A stretch of DNA of 37,767 bases from Minisyncoccota bacterium (GTDB taxonomy: Bacteria > Patescibacteriota > Minisyncoccia > Phycocordibacterales > UBA2100), in contig JAGOTU010000001.1 of NCBI GenBank assembly GCA_018061585.1, positions 1-37,767 on the forward strand, given 5' to 3'. Positions 15,502-22,732 of the stretch are shown here, piece after piece (position 1 is the first letter of the stretch; the number at the start of each line of letters is the position of its first letter). The notes under the pieces were generated by a model that worked only from the letters and a program-made list of their open reading frames with translations, made no database searches and had not been told where the DNA came from. Position numbers and translations under genes: made by a program.

Positions 15502-16335
15502 TCATGCCGCTTCTTGCCACGGCACAAAGAGCTGATCAAATTGCTTAAAGTCCATGTTGGCGAGCTCACCGGGACCGAAGTCCTGCATGCGCTTACCGCC
15601 ATACTTGTTGAACTGATGCGTGTGCAGAAAGTCGATGAACGCAACCATGGACTGTCTACCGGTCCGGATCGTTTCATCATTGGCGACAACACGATGACAC
15701 AGTCCCTTGAGCTTGCACTGCGAGCGATGCTGCAGATTCATGCTGGGAAAGATAATGGTGTGATCGTGATCGACCGGCCACTCGTGCCACGATCCGTCGT
15801 GACCGAAGTACTGTCCGCCCTGCGCGCTCTCGTAGAGATGCAGAGTGAATCCGCCGCGATCGACGTGCTCTGCAGCCATGATCGGTCTCCCGGGACGATA
15901 GTTCAGGAACCGGAACGTCCATTCGTGTCCCGATTCCGCAACGTCACTGGCAAAGCCCGGCATATCGTATTCATTCTCGCAATCGCGCGCGAATTGCACA
16001 ACGTGCGGCATCACTGCATCGATCAACACATCGACGGCATGCACGAATCTGACGGCTGCGCGGTCCTGCACGGTGTCAGCTTGCACGAGCAGTGCGGGCA
16101 TGTTGCGCTTGATCAGATGGAAGAGCTCTTTGTCGTCGCTCTTGGGTCCATCATCCTTGCGCAACATGTAGCCGTGGTCCTTGATGCGATCGCCGCCCGA
16201 GAGCTTTGCTTTCTCGTCGTACGGAAGATCACAGAAGCGTTTCCACGCAACCATCGCGTCTTCCACCTGTCGACGCAACTGCGTCGGATACTGCAGCGTG
16301 ACGAATCCGTCGGTTCTTAGCTTGGCGACCTGCAT
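15502..16335 (-). CDS. 2-oxoglutarate/Fe(II)-dependent oxygenase (isopenicillin-N-synthase-like family)
   Basis: An HxD...H facial triad is present in context (AEHVDRGGFTLH ... GLCHRVV). The length of 277 aa fits the family. Confidence 0.65.
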   Translation of the reverse strand: MQVAKLRTDGFVTLQYPTQLRRQVEDAMVAWKRFCDLPYDEKAKLSGGDRIKDHGYMLRKDDGPKSDDKELFHLIKRNMPALLVQADTVQDRAAVRFVHAVDVLIDAVMPHVVQFARDCENEYDMPGFASDVAESGHEWTFRFLNYRPGRPIMAAEHVDRGGFTLHLYESAQGGQYFGHDGSWHEWPVDHDHTIIFPSMNLQHRSQCKLKGLCHRVVANDETIRTGRQSMVAFIDFLHTHQFNKYGGKRMQDFGPGELANMDFKQFDQLFVPWQEAA

Positions 16336-16442
16336 CGCTACTCTCCATGTATTGAGACCTTTGCCTGTCCCGATGGTAGCAGGAGCATTGGGGCGCTATC
16401 CCCACCTTGAATTCTCGGGAGTTTGTGGCCTAATGCGTCCGC

Positions 16443-16480
16443 GTTAAAAATAATGACCGCTCGCAGTTCGCGAGCGGTCA
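16443..16480 (-). terminator. Intrinsic terminator of guaA
   Basis: Stem TGACCGCTCGC (16454-16464) pairs with GCGAGCGGTCA (16470-16480). On the minus strand it is followed by TTATTTTTAAC. Confidence 0.8.
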
Positions 16481-16505
16481 TGTATCGTTCCTACCTGATG
16501 TGAAT

Positions 16506-18125
16506 CTATCCCCACTCAATTGTGGAGAACGGTTTATCGCTGGTGCGATACACCACGGCACCGCAACCTTTCACTTCGTTTCCGATGCGTCGACTCGCAC
16601 GCTTGATGAGCCACCACGGCAGCTCTGCGGCCTGCGCTGTAAAGCCGTTAACGCTCCACACCGACCACAATGCGATCACGAGCCCGCTTCCGCCCTCGTC
16701 GCCTTTCGTCGACGTGTGTTCGGATTTTGTGACCACCGCGCCCGCCTGCCATACTTTTTCGTAATAGCCGGCGCGACGAAGCTCCTCGATCCAGATACCG
16801 TCGGCCTTTCTGCTCATCGCGAGCTTTTTCTCTGTGATCTCGCCTTCGTTTCGAACTGCCTGTCCCGGACCCGGGAACGGATGCCGGGAAAGCAATACTT
16901 CCGGGACACTGATCTCGCGCCCTATGTCACGTGCGCTGTCTTTCACGCAATCGACAAGCGGGAGAAGCTCGGGAAGGTAAAATCCCAGGTTCGTATTGTG
17001 ATGCAATTTGATCACAGATTTACGCGCCCCGGAGTCGTGCCCGCCACCGCTTTCGGAGATGTCGGTGTAAAGGGTGCCTTGGCAGATATGGGTCGCACCG
17101 ATCCTCTTGGCAATCGCTTCGAGGATTGGCTTATACACACTGCGCATGGCAATACGTTTCCCACGCATATCTTCGATACCTTTGAACGCTTCCAAGAATT
17201 CGGTAGTCGCGTCCACGATCTCGAGCGTGAGCCACTCCTGATCGCGGAAGTATTTCAGCACGAACTCTTCGTCGTCCGGACGATCGATGCCGCGTATGTA
17301 TACCGCATGCACCTTGCCTTTGCCGAGCTTCGCTTTTTTGAGCAGATACGCACACACCGACGAGTCAGAACCGCCAGATAGCGCGAGCAGTACCGTGCCG
17401 TCGCCGACGGTCTGTCGAATTTCCCGGATCTTACGATGCGCAACGCTTTTTACCGGATATCGATTCTTGGCTTTGCAGATCCTGAACACGAAGTTCGAGA
17501 ATATGTTCGGGCCGTGGATCGTTTCGGATACCTCCGGATGGAACTGCACACCGTACAGTATCCGCTGGAACTCACCGGCGGCCATCACACGATGACATTC
17601 ACCCGTCGGGCGAAAGCCGTCGCTGCGGATCTTGGCGATCTCGCTGATCTCGTCGCCATGACTCTGCAGTACAGTCATATTCCGGGGACATCCGACAAAT
17701 AGCGCGCTCCGCTCTCGCACCATGTCGTGAACACCGAATTGGTGATCGCCGGTTTTCACCTGCAAGCCGATCCATTTGGCCCACATTTGAAAGCTGAGAC
17801 AGATTCCGAGGTACGGGACACGGTTGTCCAGACACCACGCGAAGATCGCATCATCGAACGGCGGCGGCTCCGTATCAACTGAGCCGGGTCCGCCGGACCC
17901 GATAATGCCCGTCGGTTTGAGGGCAGCGACATCCGCGACCCTGACCGTGGCCGGATCCGCCACAAGGCAGAACACGCCGAGCTTTGCGATCTGCTGATAG
18001 ATCAGGTGATCGGTTTGACTGCCCATGGCGAAAAGCAGAAAGACCTCCTTCGTACGGCGAACTTTCATTTCTTCGGCAATAGCGGCCAGTGCGTCCGGAG
18101 TAGCTTTTTTGAAGGTGTCGAGCAT
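16506..18125 (-). CDS. guaA: GMP synthase (glutamine-hydrolysing)
   Basis: A GATase-1 domain, the PP-loop SGGSDSSV and the C-terminal dimerisation motif (...STIEWG end) are present. I trimmed the start to the ATG at 18125, which has AAGGAG 8 nt upstream. Confidence 0.9.
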   Translation of the reverse strand: MLDTFKKATPDALAAIAEEMKVRRTKEVFLLFAMGSQTDHLIYQQIAKLGVFCLVADPATVRVADVAALKPTGIIGSGGPGSVDTEPPPFDDAIFAWCLDNRVPYLGICLSFQMWAKWIGLQVKTGDHQFGVHDMVRERSALFVGCPRNMTVLQSHGDEISEIAKIRSDGFRPTGECHRVMAAGEFQRILYGVQFHPEVSETIHGPNIFSNFVFRICKAKNRYPVKSVAHRKIREIRQTVGDGTVLLALSGGSDSSVCAYLLKKAKLGKGKVHAVYIRGIDRPDDEEFVLKYFRDQEWLTLEIVDATTEFLEAFKGIEDMRGKRIAMRSVYKPILEAIAKRIGATHICQGTLYTDISESGGGHDSGARKSVIKLHHNTNLGFYLPELLPLVDCVKDSARDIGREISVPEVLLSRHPFPGPGQAVRNEGEITEKKLAMSRKADGIWIEELRRAGYYEKVWQAGAVVTKSEHTSTKGDEGGSGLVIALWSVWSVNGFTAQAAELPWWLIKRASRRIGNEVKGCGAVVYRTSDKPFSTIEWG

Positions 18126-18144
18126 TTCGATGACTCCTTGTAGA

Positions 18145-18169
18145 ACAAAAAATGCAGCCGTATGGCTGC
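18145..18169 (-). terminator. Short terminator after the histidine kinase gene
   Basis: On the minus strand, the hairpin GCAGCC-GTAT-GGCTGC is followed by ATTTTTTGT. The stem is only 6 bp. Confidence 0.5.
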
Positions 18170-18212
18170 CTCCTGCCGCGCACAATACGCGCCCGTACGC
18201 AGGGCGCAATAT

Positions 18213-20294
18213 TTACAAAGTGTTCAATATGGCGAGTACTTCGGTGATGCTCACGGGCTTTGTGAGGTGGTAATTGAAACCCGAAACGATCGCCTCTGAT
18301 TTGTCGGAATCCTGTCCGTATCCGGTAAGTGCGATGAGTATAGGCTGCTTGCCCCCATGTGACCGGATCTTGCGGGCAACCTCGTGCCCCGACATATCCG
18401 GCAAACCAATATCAAGAAGCACCACCTGCGGCATAAAATCATGCAGTGCAACGAGCGCACTTTTACCATCGTGCGCCGTCTGCACCATGTGTCCATGGTG
18501 CGCGAGAAGCCGCTCCATGCCGATGGCCGCCGCTTCGTTGTCGTCGACAACAAGAATGCGCTTCGTGCCTGTAGCGGTGAGTGTGTTCACGGCCGGTGTC
18601 GCGGTAACAGTTGCCGGCACCGGAACGATCGGTAGCAGAATTGTGAATGTGCTGCCTCTCCCCTCGCCTAAGCTATGTGCCGTGATCGTGCCGCCATGCA
18701 TCTCCACTATCTGACGCGAAAGGAAGAGGCCGATGCCGATACCGGCGGCGCGAGAAGACGCAAGTGATAGTTGCTGGAACGGCGAAAAGATCTCTTCAAG
18801 ACGTTCGGGTGGAATACCCACACCGCTGTCCTTGATCGCGATCACTAAATTGTGCCCGTCTACGGTGGCAAGGACTTCTACCTCGGTACCCTCGGGGGAA
18901 TATTTGGAGGAATTATTGAGCAAGTTACCGATCACCTGCTCCATACGGAGCGAGTCGACGAACAACGGCACCGGCTCGCTGGGTAGCCACACACGAATAG
19001 TCTGCATTTTATGTGCACGCAATAACTCCGTCGCGTTGACCGAATGGTCAATGATCTCTTTCAGATCCGCACGCTCGGGTACAACATCGAATTTCCGCTC
19101 GGTAATGCGCGCAACATCCAAGAGGTCGTCGAGCAAGCGGCGCATACCGAATGTCTGTTGCTCTGCACGTGCGATCATCGCTGTGGATTGCCCTACCGTG
19201 ACCTCCATCTTGAGGACTTCGAGCGTACTGACGACCGTCGCGAGCGGATTGCGAAGTTCATGTGCGAGGATCGCAATGAACTCATTCTTTGCACTATCGT
19301 TCGCAGCAAGCTGTTTTGTGATCTCTTCCAGTTCAGAGACTTTTGTATTGAGATGTAGTTCAGCCTGACGACGCTCTTCTGCAAGTACAAAGAACTGCAA
19401 GAATATCGGAGCCAACAAAATGATGAACAATTCGTCGGCGAATATTTGCCGTGCGAGCGGCGTGTCGCCGGGGCTTGCTACGATGCTCCCAAGGATACCC
19501 AATACAGAGAGGATCATAAGCGCACTCGTGTTCATACGAGCGTCGAAACGGAATGCGATCCAGATATGTGTGATGCAGAGGAGGAAGATAAAGGCGAAGA
19601 CAAGTGAAGGGATACTTATCCAAAACAGCGCATAGATAGAAAGTATTAGCAGTCCAAACGCCGCGACCGCTTCCGCGCGTTGATTGCGCTTGATCGGCCA
19701 CGAGCGAGCGGAAGACCAGGCGGTTATAAATGGGGTGAAAATTACGATCCCGAAGACCCCGCCGGCCCACGTGCGACTGAAGTTGAGCCACGCACTGTCC
19801 CGAAGCGTATCAAAGTAGACCTGTCCGACCGTGCTTATTATCGGGGCGATCGCGGCGATCACGAATGAGAATCCGACGATCGTAACCACATCCCTCGTTC
19901 GTTGGACACTGCCGTCGGAGCCCGTGCTCAGCAGGATCCATGCACCGATGAGCGGCTGCACTGTGTGCCCGACTGTCGAGAACGCCAGGTTCGTAAGCGG
20001 TACATCAATGCTCAGTGTTAGGATGGACCCGACATGAGCGAGCGCTATAGGTACCCACATACGATTCCCCTTCAGGAGTACGGCAGCGATCGCAATCCCG
20101 GCTGGAGCCCAGATAAGGGCCGGGGAGGTATCCAGCGTATAGAGGATGTATTGAGCAAGTTTTGCGGTTGCAAAATAGCCGAGAAATACTACGACGTCGG
20201 CTTTCCATTCGCGGTCGGTGATCGTGCGGAGCACGCGGGAGAGGGGTCCATGTGCGGCTGTGCGCTGCATATGTTTAGAAATCGCATAATACAC
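18213..20294 (-). CDS. Hybrid sensor histidine kinase: MASE1-like membrane domain + HisKA + HATPase_c + receiver
   Basis: The H-box AHELRNPL is present, along with N/G boxes (GIGIGLFLSRQIVEMHGGTI) and a C-terminal receiver (ILVVDDNE...LLDIGLPDMSG...K). The N-terminal ~300 aa is polytopic. Confidence 0.85.
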   Translation of the reverse strand: MYYAISKHMQRTAAHGPLSRVLRTITDREWKADVVVFLGYFATAKLAQYILYTLDTSPALIWAPAGIAIAAVLLKGNRMWVPIALAHVGSILTLSIDVPLTNLAFSTVGHTVQPLIGAWILLSTGSDGSVQRTRDVVTIVGFSFVIAAIAPIISTVGQVYFDTLRDSAWLNFSRTWAGGVFGIVIFTPFITAWSSARSWPIKRNQRAEAVAAFGLLILSIYALFWISIPSLVFAFIFLLCITHIWIAFRFDARMNTSALMILSVLGILGSIVASPGDTPLARQIFADELFIILLAPIFLQFFVLAEERRQAELHLNTKVSELEEITKQLAANDSAKNEFIAILAHELRNPLATVVSTLEVLKMEVTVGQSTAMIARAEQQTFGMRRLLDDLLDVARITERKFDVVPERADLKEIIDHSVNATELLRAHKMQTIRVWLPSEPVPLFVDSLRMEQVIGNLLNNSSKYSPEGTEVEVLATVDGHNLVIAIKDSGVGIPPERLEEIFSPFQQLSLASSRAAGIGIGLFLSRQIVEMHGGTITAHSLGEGRGSTFTILLPIVPVPATVTATPAVNTLTATGTKRILVVDDNEAAAIGMERLLAHHGHMVQTAHDGKSALVALHDFMPQVVLLDIGLPDMSGHEVARKIRSHGGKQPILIALTGYGQDSDKSEAIVSGFNYHLTKPVSITEVLAILNTL

Positions 20295-20393
20295 GTTTGG
20301 TCACGGGATTCTAGATGTCGCAACGCAGCCGGACGGGCCCTAGAAATTCTCAAAAAAATCCGTATAATCCTGTGCACAGAGAGGAATACAGAG

Positions 20394-20465
20394 GGCCCTA
20401 TCGTCTATCGGTTAGGACACATCCTTCTCAAGGATGGAAGCGGAGTTCGACTCTCCGTAGGGTCA
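20394..20465 (+). tRNA. tRNA-Glu (anticodon CTC)
   Basis: A cloverleaf was folded by hand: acceptor GGCCCTA/TAGGGTC, anticodon stem CATCC/GGATG with loop TTCTCAA, and T-arm CGGAG-TTCGACT-CTCCG. No CCA is encoded. Confidence 0.85.
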
Positions 20466-20520
20466 AAGCAAAAGCATTGGAGACTGCAAAAGCAGTCTCT
20501 TTTGCTTTGACCCTACGGAG
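20453..20520 (+). repeat. 22-bp perfect inverted repeat that includes the last 13 nt of tRNA-Glu, with a nested hairpin
   Basis: CTCCGTAGGGTCAAAGCAAAAG (20453-20474) is the exact reverse complement of 20499-20520. An inner hairpin GAGACTGC-AAAA-GCAGTCTC lies at 20480-20499. Confidence 0.85.
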
Positions 20521-20529
20521 GAAGGGGTC

Positions 20530-20583
20530 GGGAAACCTGTCTGGTTTCCCGTGGAGGAAGGTTGGGAAAACCGTGGGTTTCCC
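20530..20583 (+). repeat. Two tandem GGAGGAAGG + hairpin units (double-hairpin repeat, copy A)
   Basis: The hairpins are GGGAAACC-TGTCT-GGTTTCCC (20530-20550) and GGGAAAACC-GT-GGGTTTCCC (20564-20583). They are related to 26119-26186. Confidence 0.6.
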
Positions 20584-20599
20584 AGGCCGTAAGGGTCAA
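20581..20599 (+). repeat. Direct near-copy 1 of the tRNA-Glu 3' end
   Basis: CCCAGGCCGTAAGGGTCAA compares with the tRNA 3' end CCGTAGGGTCAA (20455-20466). Confidence 0.6.
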
Positions 20600-20674
20600 C
20601 CAAATATTTCCGAACGGCGGCGAGGAAATTATTGTGGCTCACATAAAAACGCAGTGTCAGCTTCCATAGAGTGT

Positions 20675-20693
20675 CCCAGTCCGTAAGGGTCAA
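20675..20693 (+). repeat. Direct near-copy 2 of the tRNA-Glu 3' end
   Basis: CCCAGTCCGTAAGGGTCAA matches copy 1 at 18 of 19 positions. Confidence 0.6.
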
Positions 20694-20789
20694 AGATAAT
20701 ATTCGACGACCGCGAAATAGTATGCGTCGCCGAATCGAATGCGTTGATATACATGATGAGTCAGTGAGGAGTTCGCGGCCGGCGTGACG

Positions 20790-20829
20790 CAAACAAACAG
20801 CCCCGAGCATTGCTCGGGGCCTTGTTTCG
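20790..20829. terminator. Bidirectional terminator (serves 20843..21091)
   Basis: The hairpin GCCCCGAGC-ATTG-CTCGGGGC spans 20800-20820. It has T-rich tracts on both strands. Confidence 0.75.
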
Positions 20830-20842
20830 AAGGAACAGATCG

Positions 20843-21091
20843 TCAGATTGCTTTGTACTCGGGGTTACTGTTCCAGAGCCCTTTGTTGGCGACATGGGCA
20901 ATGATGCCTGCTTGGGTCACGAAGCTGTGCTCTTCAAAATCGTGAGCGCAGCTTGCGATGACGCTCCGTGCGGCATCGACAACGTTCTCCGGCGAGAAAT
21001 CGGCAACAAGCTCGCCGACCATAAGTCTCCCTTTCGGCAGGTTCAACACATCTTCGGGCGTCGAGTTTTCGGTGACTTTCATCGAGATCAT
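20843..21091 (-). CDS. Hypothetical protein (82 aa), last gene of the arsR operon
   Basis: The ATG at 21091 has AAGGGGA 5 nt upstream. No family recognised. Confidence 0.5.
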   Translation of the reverse strand: MISMKVTENSTPEDVLNLPKGRLMVGELVADFSPENVVDAARSVIASCAHDFEEHSFVTQAGIIAHVANKGLWNSNPEYKAI

Positions 21092-21136
21092 GGAATTCCC
21101 CTTCGGTCTGGAACACGTGAGCAGGGTCAATGGTCG

Positions 21137-21643
21137 CTACGCTGCGCCGACAAACGGAAGTTTTTTCCGCAATACCTTGAGCGCTTCAACGGAATCAAAG
21201 AACAGATCTGCGACAGTGTCCGCCGACACCTTGAGGAACGATGTGCCCGTGACCACGATCACGCACTCGTCGCCCTCGACTTCGATGTTCCAGCCGGACT
21301 CTGTATAGACGGACCGAGCCATTCGACGCACATCCGATTGCAGCGCCTCCGTGAGATCGCGCACTTCGTTCGGAACGAACCACCGCGCAATGCGTTCGAT
21401 CATACCGCGCTTCACCTCGTCGGTGAGCTCGCCATGTGACGTGATGCGCATACGCGCACCCTCCTTTTGTGTCGCAGCAATTGCGCGAAGCGACATCGGG
21501 ATCGCAATGCCGAGCGCGGTGCTCATCAGTTTCTCCTTGTACGGCACGACCTTGAACGCCATGCCGACAACGAATGGCAGCGGCGCAGCGATGGCTGCGA
21601 GCACCGCCTTGATCAAGTCGTCACTCGGAACGTATTCGCTCAC
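21137..21643 (-). CDS. Hypothetical protein (168 aa), middle gene of the arsR operon
   Basis: The GTG start has GGAGG 6 nt upstream. No family recognised. Confidence 0.55.
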   Translation of the reverse strand: MSEYVPSDDLIKAVLAAIAAPLPFVVGMAFKVVPYKEKLMSTALGIAIPMSLRAIAATQKEGARMRITSHGELTDEVKRGMIERIARWFVPNEVRDLTEALQSDVRRMARSVYTESGWNIEVEGDECVIVVTGTSFLKVSADTVADLFFDSVEALKVLRKKLPFVGAA

Positions 21644-21715
21644 GTAGTACCTCCCCTGTATGAATTTTTAACCGCCGATACTATGTAACAGATTCCTTAT
21701 CTTGTAAAGTGACTG

Positions 21716-22021
21716 CTATTCCCCCTTCTCGGGCTTGAGCGCAGAGAACTCATCGATGAATTTCATAAATATCTTGCCGTAACGCGAGAGCTTGTGGTGC
21801 ACATCACGGCCCTCGTGCACCTTTTCGATAAGGCCCGCAAGCGCGAGCCGACGGGTATGTTCGGATACGGTCTTGATGTTCGCTTTGAGGCCGTCTGCGA
21901 TCGCGACGAGCGACATGCCCGGACTCTTGCGTATAAGGAACAGGATCCGAATGCGTGTGTGATTCGCGACACCTTTGAAGTGCCGTTCCAGCTTCTTGGG
22001 GCCTTTAGTTGCGAGCGCCAT
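21716..22021 (-). CDS. ArsR/SmtB-family winged-helix transcriptional regulator
   Basis: The 101-aa product has FKGVANHTRIRILFLI...MSLVAIADGLKANIKTVSEHTRRLALAGLI, the typical ArsR HTH core. Confidence 0.8.
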   Translation of the reverse strand: MALATKGPKKLERHFKGVANHTRIRILFLIRKSPGMSLVAIADGLKANIKTVSEHTRRLALAGLIEKVHEGRDVHHKLSRYGKIFMKFIDEFSALKPEKGE

Positions 22022-22026
22022 CCGTA

Positions 22027-22060
22027 CATATTCTCACATTCTTGAGAATATGAGAATGTT
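22027..22060 (-). promoter_or_regulatory. Dyad element copy 4, abutting the arsR start codon
   Basis: The core at 22030-22057 (ATTCTCACATTC-TTGA-GAATATGAGAAT) has one mismatch. The minus strand reads TTCTCA-N17-GAATAT, followed by GTACGG and then the arsR ATG. Confidence 0.55.
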
Positions 22061-22082
22061 CTCGACAAAAAAATGGCGGTCG

Positions 22083-22640
22083 CTACACATGAGCGTCCGC
22101 CGCATTTATTGCAAGCGATGGAAAGAACGTGCGCACCGTCTCTTCCGCTATCAACTCCGCATTCTCTGTGTGTTCCCATAGATCATGGAAGTGGTTCGCA
22201 TGATTGCGGATGTGTCGAACGGCGTTCGGATGTTTCGTTCCCCACCACACAAGCCCGTCGCTCAGTCCCTGAAAGCTGAGCACCGGCGCACTCACACATT
22301 TCGCGTGGAAGATGTGCGTGCAGATCCCAAAGAAGAACCTGTGCGGAGCATGCACTGTAGTAATGCCGACCACCCGCGATCGATACATAAGCGACTGCAT
22401 CGCGCATGCGAGTACACCACCCAGGCTATGTCCGACTATCAACAGGTCTTCGCCGTCGTCGTATTTTTCCGCAATCCGTTTTGTAAATGACCGGAATCTT
22501 CCGATCTCGCGCAACTTACATCCCGGCTCGGTCTCCACGTGGAACGTGGCCTCCGGTAGTCGTTTCTCGAATGCCGCACGGATCTGGTCCCAAATCAATT
22601 CAGGATCGGTCATGAGGCCGCTCACCATGAGTATCTTCAT
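22083..22640 (-). CDS. Alpha/beta-hydrolase (lipase/esterase-like)
   Basis: The nucleophile elbow GHSLGG is present. I trimmed the start to the ATG at 22640 (AAGGGA upstream). The product is 185 aa. Confidence 0.65.
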   Translation of the reverse strand: MKILMVSGLMTDPELIWDQIRAAFEKRLPEATFHVETEPGCKLREIGRFRSFTKRIAEKYDDGEDLLIVGHSLGGVLACAMQSLMYRSRVVGITTVHAPHRFFFGICTHIFHAKCVSAPVLSFQGLSDGLVWWGTKHPNAVRHIRNHANHFHDLWEHTENAELIAEETVRTFFPSLAINAADAHV

Positions 22641-22732
22641 TACTATTCCCTTCACCTCAAAGCTGCGGGGTTTATCCCATGCATTGAACCCCCGGTCAAC
22701 GCACACGGGCCTCGAATGTCGTAGAATGGGGC

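Noticed and set aside
20516-20600. Tandem hairpin units downstream of tRNA-Glu, considered as a CRISPR array.
   Set aside because: There are only two imperfect units, directly adjacent with no spacers. No cas genes are present. One related copy lies elsewhere in a different context.
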